From positions 704,001-768,000 of the forward strand of contig CAWDSK010000002.1 of the NCBI GenBank assembly GCA_963804995.1: a stretch of DNA of 64,000 bases. Direction: 5' to 3'. The first letter of the stretch is position 1. The number at the start of each line of letters is the position of its first letter. Of the stretch, positions 52,624 to 62,250 are shown in pieces. The position numbers and the translations under genes were made by a program. The notes under the pieces are model-generated. The model did not search any database. It was not told where the DNA came from and saw only the letters and a program-made list of their open reading frames with translations. Origin of the DNA: an uncultured Acidobacteriota bacterium (lineage in GTDB: Bacteria > Acidobacteriota > Terriglobia > UBA7540).

Positions 52624-52733
52624 CAAGAAGGGGAGCCAAGGGCGCAGGCGACCAGAAAGCGCGGTGTGCGCCTCCTTGGCGGTGAGAAACCCGCAAGCGG
52701 TGGAAAAAGCCTTCATCAACAAGTCGTGAGATG
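52624..52733 (+). pseudogene. HTH antitoxin C-terminal relic, copy 1
   Basis: Degenerate ...EQGRRRPESAV...RNPQAVEKA; about 80% identical by eye to 55290..55398. Confidence 0.55.
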
Positions 52734-52938
52734 CGAAGGGTATCAGGCATGAGAAAAGCCCACAGTCAGGAATGCGCTGACTGTGGCTACCTGCTTTCCG
52801 ACCTGGATTCAAGTGAAGCCATACTCGCAGGGCATGCTCTTGCCAACAAGGAAGAACCCACGGTCAGCGAACCACTGACCGCGGCTACCCGCTGCACAGA
52901 CGCCCATTCTCCTGCGGCGCACCGATTTTCATGACACG

Positions 52939-53691
52939 CTAGCCATGGCCAAGCAGCCGCTGGATGTTCCCCCCTAACACTTTGGCTTCCTGCTCGGGCG
53001 GCAGCTTGAGCAATTTGATGGCGTAAATTTCCACCCGCGGGTCGCACTCCGGTGCATACGAACCGAAGACGATCTGCTCTGCCGGAAGCTCCTGCGCGGC
53101 CATTTCGAGAAATGAATGAGTGTCGATTCCGGAAGCTTCGAGGTGAATATTGGGATGCCGCTTCGCCAAGTCGATCGCCACAATATGGTCCCACCAAGGT
53201 GAGGTTCTATAGCTTCCCAGGTGCGGCAGGATGAATTTCACGGAGGGATAGGTGGCCGCCATGAGGTGATACATTCTGATGAGCTCGGAGCCAGGATTGG
53301 GCACGGGATAATAAATCACCGGTATGTTCAACTCGGCCACCACGTCCAAAATCTCGCGCGTGGGATGCCCGTCGGTCTTCAGCCCCTTGAGCCCCATTGA
53401 CTTCACTTCCTCGGTCAGCATGGTCTTCAGGCGCCCCGTCTCGCTTTGCGGATTGTGCACCGCAAACCCGATTATTTTGTCAGGATATTTTTCCGAGAGT
53501 CGGGCCACCCGCAGGTTCGCTTGTTCATAGGAAGGATTCTGGGGAGCGGTCACGCAAGAGCGGTCAATGCCCGCCTGGGCAGCGCGCTCCAGGACCAGTT
53601 CTACTTTATAATCCACCGGCCGCTTCGGCTCCGCCCAGGTTTCTCCTTCCCCCACCTGAGTGTGACAATCAATCACCAAGGTTCTGGCCAT
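52939..53691 (-). CDS. Amidohydrolase-family protein with a degenerate metal site
   Basis: IDCHTQ, FILPHLG, IVFGSYAP, LGGNIQRL; GGAGG RBS. Confidence 0.85.
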   Translation of the reverse strand: MARTLVIDCHTQVGEGETWAEPKRPVDYKVELVLERAAQAGIDRSCVTAPQNPSYEQANLRVARLSEKYPDKIIGFAVHNPQSETGRLKTMLTEEVKSMGLKGLKTDGHPTREILDVVAELNIPVIYYPVPNPGSELIRMYHLMAATYPSVKFILPHLGSYRTSPWWDHIVAIDLAKRHPNIHLEASGIDTHSFLEMAAQELPAEQIVFGSYAPECDPRVEIYAIKLLKLPPEQEAKVLGGNIQRLLGHG

Positions 53692-53702
53692 GGTTCCTCC
53701 CC

Positions 53703-54584
53703 CTATAACCGGCCTCCGAGCAGCCGGAGCATGTTCCCACCCAGAATCAACTCTTCCTTCTCTTTGGGTAACTTCTGTACCCGGATTTTGTAGATCTCCA
53801 GGCGCGAGTTGTCGGGCGAGTCCGATCCGAAAATGAGCTTCTCCGCAGGAAGCTCGCGAAGCGCTTTTTCCAGGTATGGCGTAATGACCACCGTGGAGGT
53901 GTCCATGTACACGTTCGGGTAAGTCTTGGTCAGTTGGATACCCGCCAGGTGTTCGCGCCAGTCGCCGGAAGCGTCGCTTCCCAGGTGGCAAAGGATGAAG
54001 TTGACGTCGGGATAGTCAGGGACGAAATCCTGATAAAGCGCCACGCGTGCCGGATGGTACAGAAGCGGGATGCCTAACTCTCTAACAGCATCCAGCATCT
54101 CTGGGCTCGGTTCCTCGTGGATCTCCCCTAGTCCCCGGAGCCCCATTTCGTGCACCTCGCGAAACAGCAAGGAGCGAATCCGTCCTTTTTCGCGCTCGGG
54201 ATCATGCCGGGCAAAGCCAATGAACTTTCCCGGATAGCGACGGCATATCTCCGCAACTTCTTCGTTGGCCTTTTCATAGGTGACGTTCTCAATTGAGCAG
54301 ATGATGCTTCGGTCGATCCCCGCTTCTTCCATGTGTCGAAGAACAAACTCCGGGTCGTTGAAGGTGTACCACGGATCCGTCAGATCCCAGGGACTCCCGG
54401 CCAGCCTGGCAACGCCCACATGAGCATGACAATCAATCACCGGCGCCTTGGAGGGAAGGGGCGCGGGAGGCGAAGCCGGCGCCTCCCCCCAGGCGGGTGG
54501 AATCCGGGCCGCGAGAGGAGCGCCGAACAGCCCCCCAGTGGTTTGCAAGAATCTTCTTCTCGAAGCATTGAATCTATCAGTCAT
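53703..54584 (-). CDS. Tat-exported amidohydrolase-family protein
   Basis: SRRRFL signal, IDCHAH, FILCHLG, LIFGSDSP, LGGNMLRL. Confidence 0.88.
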   Translation of the reverse strand: MTDRFNASRRRFLQTTGGLFGAPLAARIPPAWGEAPASPPAPLPSKAPVIDCHAHVGVARLAGSPWDLTDPWYTFNDPEFVLRHMEEAGIDRSIICSIENVTYEKANEEVAEICRRYPGKFIGFARHDPEREKGRIRSLLFREVHEMGLRGLGEIHEEPSPEMLDAVRELGIPLLYHPARVALYQDFVPDYPDVNFILCHLGSDASGDWREHLAGIQLTKTYPNVYMDTSTVVITPYLEKALRELPAEKLIFGSDSPDNSRLEIYKIRVQKLPKEKEELILGGNMLRLLGGRL

Positions 54585-55259
54585 GGCTCGTCCCCCTGTG
54601 TTGAGGAAATGTAGCGCAGCAGAGTCAGGCGCGGTTTGCCTCACTCTGCGGCCCTTCACCTCGCCGCCGTTGCTGAAGGTATTTCACATGGCAATCAAAA
54701 GCGAGCGTTTTCGTCTCTGGAGGTTGATAAAAAAGCTACCATGTTATAAACTGCGGGGCGGGTAGCGCGGCGGGGCCGCAAGCAAAACGAAACTCTCTGT
54801 GTTCTCTGTGCATCTCAAGCTTTCACACAGAGCGCATAGAGCAGCTCAGTGACCTCCGTGTTAAAGCTCTTCTGTACGCAGAGGACACGGAGAAATGCGT
54901 GCTAAGAAAGCAAGAATTTACGGTATTGCATTGCAGAGGTAGGTGCGGCCTTGGGCTGCCTGCATGGACTGTAGCGGCAAGCCCGGCGCGCCGGAGAGTA
55001 GGCAGTAAGCTGAAGGCGGTAGGCAGAAGGCAGCAAGCGTCTTGTGTGAGTCCCGGCGCGCAGGGATAGGCGCTACAAACAGGCTCGGTCGCATTCGCGG
55101 CCGAGCCTGTTTGCTTTGGTAGCTTGGAGTTGTCGCCTTGGCGACTTGACGTGGCGAGTTCTGGAACCCGGCGGATTGCATCCGCTCGTTTCTTTTCCTG
55201 TGCTTTGGCCAGCTAATGAGAACGCGAGGATTTGAAACCGCAAGCTGCCCCGATGCTTT

Positions 55260-55398
55260 GGGGCGCTACGTCGTTAGCCCGCGATCGCTTAAGGAATGGG
55301 AGCCAGGGCGCAGGCGTCCGGAAAGCGCGGTGCGCGCCTACTTGACGGGAGAAACCCGTAAGCGGTGGAAAAAGCGCTCATGAACAAGTCGTGAGATG
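55260..55398 (+). pseudogene. HTH antitoxin C-terminal relic, copy 2
   Basis: GRYVVSPRSLKEWEPGRRRPESAVRAYLT...AVEKALMNKS with a frameshift and an internal stop. Confidence 0.6.
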
Positions 55399-55476
55399 GT
55401 AGCACAGGCACTCCTGCCTGTGTCCTATGCATGGAATGCATCAGCCCTAGCCACAGGCAAGAGTGCCTGTGCTACC
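55398..55476. repeat. REP-like doublet GGTAGCACAGGC...GCCTGTGCTACC
   Basis: GGTAGCACAGGCACTCCTGCCTGTG ... CACAGGCAAGAGTGCCTGTGCTACC. Confidence 0.88.
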
Positions 55477-55652
55477 GAAGCCAGAACCGGCCACGGATTG
55501 GATGCGGTGACAGAAGTGTTGCCCGGGTTTGTGGGGCACATTCATATAAAGGCAATGTATTCGCTCGTCGCTCGATGTTAGACTATGTGGGGGCAGCGCA
55601 ATCTCCGACGTGCTTGCCAAGTGCCCCATGAGACCCGGAGGACGGTGACACC

Positions 55653-55943
55653 ATGGCAAAAGCAACCCTGAATCGGCGGTCGAAGGTTGGCATGTCGCGC
55701 AATTCCAAGCCGGCATCCAAGCGTGGCGCCATCGGGAGGACTGGCGGAAAGTCGGCGGCGGGTCTTTCGGAACGAAAGTCCATTGCAGAGCTCGCGGCGG
55801 AGCAAGGCGTCAGGCTGGAGGGTCAGCTCGAAAGGATTCTGGGCGCCGGCGCTGATCTCTGGACGAGCGACGAAGAGTTTGAGGGATTCGTCCGGGGGAT
55901 ATACGACCGGCGCAGAGAGGGTCTGAGCCTCGGCAAACCGTGA
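55653..55943 (+). CDS. Putative antitoxin of a PIN toxin-antitoxin pair
   Basis: GGAGG RBS; SIAELAAEQGV...LWTSDEEFEGFV; GTGA overlap with the PIN gene. Confidence 0.6.
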   Translation: MAKATLNRRSKVGMSRNSKPASKRGAIGRTGGKSAAGLSERKSIAELAAEQGVRLEGQLERILGAGADLWTSDEEFEGFVRGIYDRRREGLSLGKP

Positions 55944-56069
55944 ACAACCTGCTATTGGACACGAATATAGTCTCCTACCTGATGAGGAGTGATCCCCTCG
56001 CCCGCCTTTATAGGCCGCATCTGGCCAATCACTCGCTGGCAATTTCCTTCATGTCCCTGGCTGAACTAT
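55940..56069 (+). pseudogene. vapC: VapC/PIN toxin N-terminus truncated by an IS
   Basis: MNNLLLDTNIVSYLMRSDP...AISFMSLAEL, then the IS terminal repeat. Confidence 0.8.
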
Positions 56070-56091
56070 CTGGCCTTTGGCCTTTTGCAGT

Positions 56092-57540
56092 TCAAGCATT
56101 GGCGTAGCAGAGGGCGGAGGCGAGGGGGAAGGTACAATTCTGGGGCTTCGTTGTAGAGGGTTGGGGAGGCGCGAAGCCGGAGAAATGATCGAGACCCAGT
56201 CCCCGGCCCCAGACCTCGGCGCGCAGTTGATGGATGGCGTGTTGGGTGGAGATGCGGGCAGTGGGGGCAGCGTGGATCCACTTGGGGCGCGGCAGCAGGC
56301 CGTGGCGGGTACGGGCGAAGGCGCGATGGGTAGCGAGGAGCAAGAGGGCATAGGCGGCCACGGTGAAGGCGGGGGCAGACTCGACCGAATGGGGGGAGCG
56401 GACCTGGGCTTGGCCCACTCCCAGCAGAGTTTTTTCATCGCGGAAATTAACTTCAATGTCCCAGCGTTGGAAGTAAGTTGTGATGAGGAGTTGGGGGTCG
56501 AGGTTTTCGTCGGTGCAGAGGAGGAAGGCGGGTTGGCGATAGAGCAGCTTGGAACCTTGGCGCAGACGATAGGCGAGCGGCGCGATGACGACAAGTTGCA
56601 GGAATTGGTGGGCGCCGGCGGCACGCCACAGGAGGCCGGTGCGGCGCTTGAAGCGGAGTTGATGGGGAATGCCGTGATGGGTAAAGGTCAAGGTCTGCCA
56701 GGGAGCATCGTCGGTGCGGACCTGCTCGGGAGTGGGAGCGGGAGGCCCGTAGCAGAGACGGCGACCGCGCGCCTTTTGGGTTTGGGGATCGGGCCGGAAC
56801 AGCAACTGAGCATCTTTGCGGAGCCGGCCGATGGCGGTGGTATGGGGAGGAAGGCGTTTGAGGACGGTGCGGTTGGTGTATCCGCCATCGAAGGCGACGA
56901 GGAGAAGGCGCGAAGCGGAGGCGGGATCGGAGTCAAGGGCCGCACGCAGATCGTGGATCTGTTCGCTGGCGCGTTGACCGAGGCGGGCAGCGCGCGCTTG
57001 GGTGCGGTACTGCTGCTGCTCGGCGGCGGGGGCCTGCCGGGAAGGCTTGCGGGGCGTGGGGGCATGGCGGAAAGCAATGGGGAGCAAGCGGCAGGAGCCG
57101 TCGGGAGTGGGGAGCGCGAGGGAGGTTTGAAGAAAACGCTGGGCGCGCACGAAGTTGGTTTGAAAGCGCGGGCCCAGCGGGTCGCGGCGCCAAGCCACCC
57201 CGGGAGTGCGCCGACCGGAACGACGCAACAGCGAGTCATCGAGGAGGGCGCAGACGGGAGCGCCGGGTGCGAGTTCGCTCACCACCGCGCGGCGCACCAC
57301 GGAGAAGAGCGCCTCAACCCGCAGACGGTGCTGGGAGAAGAGCCGGTAACTGGAGGTCCAGTCACGGAACTGCAGGCCGCAAGTGGTGAGCAGACCGGTC
57401 ACGGTATGGCGTCCCAGACAAAGCAAGGTGCTCAGCGCGAGGGCTTGGGCGTGCGCGGCAACGCGGCGCTGGCGGAAGCCCGGGAAACATTGGCTCCAGA
57501 GTTGTTCGAGTTCGGCGAGGACGCCGGTAGAGTTTTTTTT
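56092..57540 (-). CDS. DDE transposase, probably the downstream frame of a frameshift fusion
   Basis: LLDDS..RRSG, VAFDGGY, YFQRWDIEVNFRDEK..LG; no convincing start codon of its own. Confidence 0.85.
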   Translation of the reverse strand, partial: KKNSTGVLAELEQLWSQCFPGFRQRRVAAHAQALALSTLLCLGRHTVTGLLTTCGLQFRDWTSSYRLFSQHRLRVEALFSVVRRAVVSELAPGAPVCALLDDSLLRRSGRRTPGVAWRRDPLGPRFQTNFVRAQRFLQTSLALPTPDGSCRLLPIAFRHAPTPRKPSRQAPAAEQQQYRTQARAARLGQRASEQIHDLRAALDSDPASASRLLLVAFDGGYTNRTVLKRLPPHTTAIGRLRKDAQLLFRPDPQTQKARGRRLCYGPPAPTPEQVRTDDAPWQTLTFTHHGIPHQLRFKRRTGLLWRAAGAHQFLQLVVIAPLAYRLRQGSKLLYRQPAFLLCTDENLDPQLLITTYFQRWDIEVNFRDEKTLLGVGQAQVRSPHSVESAPAFTVAAYALLLLATHRAFARTRHGLLPRPKWIHAAPTARISTQHAIHQLRAEVWGRGLGLDHFSGFAPPQPSTTKPQNCTFPLASALCYANA

Positions 57541-57719
57541 AGCACGGAAGGCGGCGGCGAGGCTCGTCGCAGGGCCAGCAGACCTTTGTTTTCGACGAAC
57601 CATTCGACCGATTCGCCGCGCGCAAACTCCATGGCTTGGGCGAGGGCGGAAGGAAAGTTGATGTACCACTGCTCGCTCGCCTGGCGTTTGATAAGCTGTA
57701 CTTTGGTAGGGAACCCCAT
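57432..57719 (-). CDS. AbrB/MazE-like DNA-binding ORF inside the IS
   Basis: AGGAGG RBS; MGFPTKVQLI...WYINFPSALAQAMEFARGESVEW. Confidence 0.65.
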   Translation of the reverse strand: MGFPTKVQLIKRQASEQWYINFPSALAQAMEFARGESVEWFVENKGLLALRRASPPPSVLKKTLPASSPNSNNSGANVSRASASAALPRTPKPSR

Positions 57720-57832
57720 GAGAAAAGCCTCCTTGAGGAATATCTAGTCATATAACTAGATATCAGAAGACTGGCTTTTCTGCAAGTAAATACTTTCCGA
57801 CAGCCTTTATCTAGTTAAAGGCCAAAGTCCAG

Positions 57833-57897
57833 GCGGCGGTCTCCGACCGCCGACTTTTGATTCTATAAATTCCGGCGCTTATGGAGTGCCGCTACAG
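57833..57897. repeat. REP-like doublet with its 5' GTA removed by the IS end
   Basis: GCGGCGGTCTCCGACCGCCG ... CGGCGCTTATGGAGTGCCGCTACAG. Confidence 0.65.
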
Positions 57898-58105
57898 CAA
57901 ACGGCACAACCGCCCACCTGTTTATTATCTTGACAGCCCCCACCCCATAGGCTAAAATGAAAGTGTGAAGGGAGGCTGCTTCCGCCCGCTGGCCAGCGCC
58001 CCACCCCTTCGGCGCCTTCGAGCGGAGCAAGATCAGTGGCAGGGGTTGACTGACAAAATGGCACAATGACATTGTGACAGATTGTCCCTGAATGTAAAAG
58101 ATACA

Positions 58106-58196
58106 CAAAGCTGAGAACTTATAGAAAACAAAGGCTCCGAAACAAGGTTTTTGCTCCTCCCAAAGCTGAGAACATACTGAAAGAAAACCCACTTAC
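58106..58196 (+). repeat. Two AT-rich direct repeats 55 bp apart, related to the 19.8-21.2 kb motif
   Basis: CAAAGCTGAGAACTTATAGAAAACAAAGG and CAAAGCTGAGAACATACTGAAAGAAAACCCACTTAC. Confidence 0.65.
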
Positions 58197-58387
58197 AAAC
58201 AATTCCAAAAAGGGAAATTCACAGGACATATTGCCCGACGTAGGGGACGCCAAATTGTCGGTGCTAGACGGCAGAAAAGTACCTAGCGCGGACCCGTTTC
58301 TGGTGTACCGTTGTTGATTCCAGCGTTGGATGAAATCGAGTTATCTTCAACGGCACCGCACAAAAAATAAGTGAGCTTGTGCGCCAA

Positions 58388-59275
58388 ATGAAATCAGAAT
58401 CCACATCGCGGGGAACTTCACAAGCCGTTTCCAGCCAGGCGCCGGGCGATGGCGCGCTGCCGCGGCTTGCGAATCTCGGTCACCAGTGTCCGCCCCTGCT
58501 GCGCCTGGGACTCGCGACGCGGGGCAATACGCATCTCGCCGCAGACGATGTGGCGCATGCCGTGGCCCAGGGAGTGAATTACCTGAACTGGTGTAGTTAT
58601 GACAACGGTTTGGCGAAGGCGATACGCGAAAAGCGATTCGACCGGCAGAATGTTGTCCTCGCCATGCAGCTCCATGGACGAACCCGTTCCGCCGCCAGCC
58701 GCGAACTTGCCAGAGCCCTTCACACTTTGCGAACTGAGCGGATCGACGTGGTGACGTTCTATTACGTGGAGGAAGAAAATGAGTGGGAGGAAATCAGCGG
58801 GCCGGGAGGGGCGCTCGAAGCTCTGGAGGAGGCACGCAGGCACGGCCTGATCAGGGTGGTCGGTCTAACCACGCACCAACGGGCGCTCGGAGCAAAATGG
58901 GTGGAGAGCAGAAAGCTGGATCTCCTGATGATTCGCTACAACGCTGCCCATCGCGGTGCGGAACAGGACGTGTTTCCCGTTACTGACCGACTGGGAATTC
59001 ATGTGGTGGCTTACACCGCGCAACGCTGGGGAGCCCTGAGGAAGTGTACGACGGACAACCCCGCGGGCTTTGTTCTACCCCCTGCCCCGGAGTGGTACCG
59101 GTTTGCTCTGGCGAATCGCTCGGTAAGCGTCGTCCTGATGGCGCCCGGGAATCGACGTGAACTGGAAGAAGATTTGCGCTTACTCAACGATTGGCGAGCG
59201 CCCCATCCGGAGGAGTTTGAGAAGTTGTCAGCCTATGGCCAGCGCGTCCGGCGGCATGGGGGGTCGTTTCCCTGA
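58388..59275 (+). CDS. Aldo/keto reductase-family protein
   Basis: RLGLA, GVNY, LRTERID, GLIRVVGLTTH, MIRYNAAHRGAE..VFP, YRFAL. Confidence 0.8.
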   Translation: MKSESTSRGTSQAVSSQAPGDGALPRLANLGHQCPPLLRLGLATRGNTHLAADDVAHAVAQGVNYLNWCSYDNGLAKAIREKRFDRQNVVLAMQLHGRTRSAASRELARALHTLRTERIDVVTFYYVEEENEWEEISGPGGALEALEEARRHGLIRVVGLTTHQRALGAKWVESRKLDLLMIRYNAAHRGAEQDVFPVTDRLGIHVVAYTAQRWGALRKCTTDNPAGFVLPPAPEWYRFALANRSVSVVLMAPGNRRELEEDLRLLNDWRAPHPEEFEKLSAYGQRVRRHGGSFP

Positions 59276-59337
59276 CCCGTTAGCCACTATGCGTCTTGAT
59301 TTCTTTTGCGGTTCTACCGCGCGGCGACCGTGCCTTC

Positions 59338-60063
59338 TCAAGTCCCCGGCGCAAGCGGCTGTTGGAGCTCCCCGTATCCCGCGAGCGTGGTGAGCAGTTT
59401 CTTCAGGTCGGAGCCCACTTCCTGGAAGACGGCCTCCAGATCACGCGCGCGCTCCTCGGGACTTGCGGAAAGGAATTTTTCCGCCGGGATATAGAAGGGG
59501 TTGTCACGCACCAGCGTGCCTTCGACCAGAAGATGCCGATGCACGGCGATGGCTGAGAACAGGTTGGGAAGTTCGAGGTCATCGATGTCGTACTGGCACA
59601 AAGCCACGCTGGGGTAGTGCTTGACGAGGTAGTTTAAACGGGCGTGGAACTCGAAGAACTGCGGGGCCGGAATATCCTTGGGTTCCGGCCAGATTCCCTC
59701 TTCCATCCAGCGGACGGCGGGAGCGTGCGCCGTCTCGGCATCGGCAAAAAAACTCTGCGCCCATTCCTGTAGACGGCGTGGGTCCTCCATGTTCTGGGGG
59801 AATTGCAGAATCCGATCGTGGAGATAACGTTCCACGTCCACACCGAAATCGCGCAGCCGGGCAAGCATATGGTCGTGTAGGCCGCTGGGCGCCAAAAAGC
59901 AACACCAGTTTCCCAGGCGTAAACCTTCGCTCACAAATCCCGCCCAGCGCAGGGCCGTTGCTTGTCCACGATGGAGAATGGCCACGTGCTCATGAGCGCG
60001 CAAGGGCGTCCGGGAGTCGAGAAAGGTTAAGACATGCGGCGATGTTGATGGCTGGTCCGGCAA
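59338..60063 (-). CDS. Stand-alone MEDS domain protein
   Basis: HEHVAILH, FVSEGL..G, VRW, EFHARLN, LCQYD, AVH...NPFYIP. Confidence 0.8.
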   Translation of the reverse strand: MPDQPSTSPHVLTFLDSRTPLRAHEHVAILHRGQATALRWAGFVSEGLRLGNWCCFLAPSGLHDHMLARLRDFGVDVERYLHDRILQFPQNMEDPRRLQEWAQSFFADAETAHAPAVRWMEEGIWPEPKDIPAPQFFEFHARLNYLVKHYPSVALCQYDIDDLELPNLFSAIAVHRHLLVEGTLVRDNPFYIPAEKFLSASPEERARDLEAVFQEVGSDLKKLLTTLAGYGELQQPLAPGT

Positions 60064-60517
60064 CCGGGATTCTCCCCCCGCGGGTTCTTCCGTTTTATGG
60101 GCGCGGCCCGCGGTAAACAGGGCCAGAGGGCGATCGGCCCTCTAAAACTCTGCGGGTTTATAGACCACAACCTCCGCAGGGTTTCGCGAACCATGGATTA
60201 CCCAAACCCGCGCGAGCTCCCCGCCGGTTCTGCCCGCGCGTTCTACTTGGCCGCGATTATGCGTTCGATAGAATAAGGTGTCAAGCAGCGCGGGGCAGCA
60301 TTTTCAAGACGTCGCCTGCCATCGGCCCAGGTTCTCGGGATTCGCGCGACTCGCCAAGCCATAACGGCAGGTCTGGCGGGGTGCTTCAAATCTCCTCCAC
60401 AGCTAAGGCTCCACAACCAAGCGCCAACTTGGCATGGCAATTGCCACCAATGGGCTCTTGAACCGTATCGGCTGTGGGGGATCCAGCAGTTTCTGACCAA
60501 CACAGGAGGAGTTTCAA

Positions 60518-61432
60518 ATGAGCAAAATCTGTCGCCGTGACATGCTACGGAATTCTCTGGGGCTTTCTGGCGCTATCTTGGGCGGAATCGGCTTGGAGCA
60601 AAAGGCTCTTATGGCCCAGGCAGCGGCCCAAACCCCGCCCGCGAAAGTCGAGGAGCCCATTACCGGACTGCCACGCGGAAAGTTCGGCAAGTATGAGGTT
60701 TCCCGCCTCATCATTGGTGGCGACCCGGTCTCAGGTATCGCCCATGCCGGCGAGCTTGTCTACCAACAGGACTTCATGCTGCAATACTTCACCACCGAAA
60801 AGATTCTTCAAACCCTGGCGCTGGCGGAGCAAAACGGCATCAACACCCTCCTGATGCGTGCCGATGACCGCATCATCAAACATTACAACCTGCACAAGAA
60901 GGATGGCGGAAAGCTCCAGTGGATTGCCACCTCGGCGCCCGAGACGGGTGACCCGGTGGAGAATGCCAAGCGCGCTCGCGACAATGGCGCTATTGCCATG
61001 TACCTCCACGGCGGGGTCGCGGATCGCATGGTGACGGCCGGTAAAGTGGACGAAATCGGTGAGATCGTGGAAGGCTTCAAGAAGGTAGGCATCATGGGCG
61101 GTATTGGCTGCCATTTGACAGCAACCTCGCGCGCCTGCTTGACGGCCGGGCTTGACCCGGACTTCTTCATGATGACCATCAACCGGGTGAATTACTGGTG
61201 TAGCGAAGCGGCCGAGGTCGGCAACTTCATGAGGTCATTTAAGAAGCCATGGATTGCCTTTAAAGTCCTGGGTGCCGGCAGAGTGAAGGCGGAGGAAGGG
61301 TTCCATCTCGCTTTCCGGAGTGGTGGCGACTTCATTGCCGTCGGGATGTTCGACTGGCAGGTGCGGCAAAATGCTGCCATGGTTAAGGAGATGTTGGCTA
61401 AGGGAATTGAGCGAGACCGCGAGTGGTCCTAA
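60518..61432 (+). CDS. Tat-signal aldo/keto-reductase-like protein
   Basis: CRRDML signal; LPRGKFGKYEVSRLIIGG; KPWIAFKVLGAG; AF..GGDFIAVGM. Confidence 0.75.
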   Translation: MSKICRRDMLRNSLGLSGAILGGIGLEQKALMAQAAAQTPPAKVEEPITGLPRGKFGKYEVSRLIIGGDPVSGIAHAGELVYQQDFMLQYFTTEKILQTLALAEQNGINTLLMRADDRIIKHYNLHKKDGGKLQWIATSAPETGDPVENAKRARDNGAIAMYLHGGVADRMVTAGKVDEIGEIVEGFKKVGIMGGIGCHLTATSRACLTAGLDPDFFMMTINRVNYWCSEAAEVGNFMRSFKKPWIAFKVLGAGRVKAEEGFHLAFRSGGDFIAVGMFDWQVRQNAAMVKEMLAKGIERDREWS

Positions 61433-61689
61433 TGAGCCGGTGAAGTTTGTCTAGTCCAAATTGAGGTTCCTTAGCTCCGCAAATGGCAAAGCGGCAGAGT
61501 CGGTAGTGGATAGCTCAACAATCCCCCATAATCCCCTGATAAGGCGTGAAAAGCCTCAATAGGTACCACCGTAACCAGCGCCGACATTTCGTCATGTGAC
61601 AATTTGTCAGTCTCGCACTGTTCATTCCCCTCCCGCGCCCTTCCTTCCCCTTACCTGGATGGTCTTTCGGTTGCATAACCTTTCCTGCT

Positions 61690-62250
61690 ATGGGTCATAA
61701 CGCGATTTATAGTCGCCGAAAATTCATGCAGATGGCCGTGGTGGCCGCGGCTGCGGGACCCATTGTGTCCTGCATTGGCACCAGCAATCCCTGGCGTCAT
61801 CTGAGTGAGGACGAAGCTCGCACCCTTGAAGTCCTGTGCGACCGGATCATCCCCGCCGACCAGGATCCCGGGGCGGTCTGGGCCGGAGCCGTCAATTTTA
61901 TCGACCGGCAATTGGTGGGGTCGTACCGGAAGCTTCAGAAGACCTATCACCTGGGCCTGGCGGGTGCGAATGAAACCAGCCAAGCGATGTTCGGCAAACG
62001 TGTCGCGGCGCTCACCGGGGAGCAAGCCGATGAAGTGTTGCGCAAGCTGGAAAAAGGTCAGGCGCCGGGCGACACGTGGAAACAGCTCCCGGCCAGGCAG
62101 TTTTTTGATCTGGTGTTGAACCACACGATGCAGTCGTTTTACGGTGACCCGCGGCACGGCGGCAATCGCGAAAGGGTGAGCTGGAAGATACTGCGCCTGC
62201 CCTATCCGCCGATTCGCGGTCGGCTGCAGTATGACCTGACGAAGGGCTAG
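61690..62250 (+). CDS. Gluconate 2-dehydrogenase subunit 3-family protein (Tat)
   Basis: SRRKF; RIIP...PGA..AG..FID; FF..V..HT...FYGDP.HGGN. Confidence 0.88.
   Translation: MGHNAIYSRRKFMQMAVVAAAAGPIVSCIGTSNPWRHLSEDEARTLEVLCDRIIPADQDPGAVWAGAVNFIDRQLVGSYRKLQKTYHLGLAGANETSQAMFGKRVAALTGEQADEVLRKLEKGQAPGDTWKQLPARQFFDLVLNHTMQSFYGDPRHGGNRERVSWKILRLPYPPIRGRLQYDLTKG

Larger units (their letters stand above)
56070..57832 (-). mobile_element. IS701-like (IS4-type DDE) insertion sequence
   Basis: 16-bp terminal inverted repeats CTGGCCTTTGGCCTTT / AAAGGCCAAAGTCCAG (one mismatch); no target-site duplication. Confidence 0.85.

Noticed and set aside
56077..57747. 556-aa plus-strand ORF inside the IS
   Set aside because: Gly-rich antisense shadow of the DDE transposase.
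57940..58040. Possible structured ncRNA next to the IS
   Set aside because: GC-rich hairpins and a TTGACA only; no recognisable family signature.
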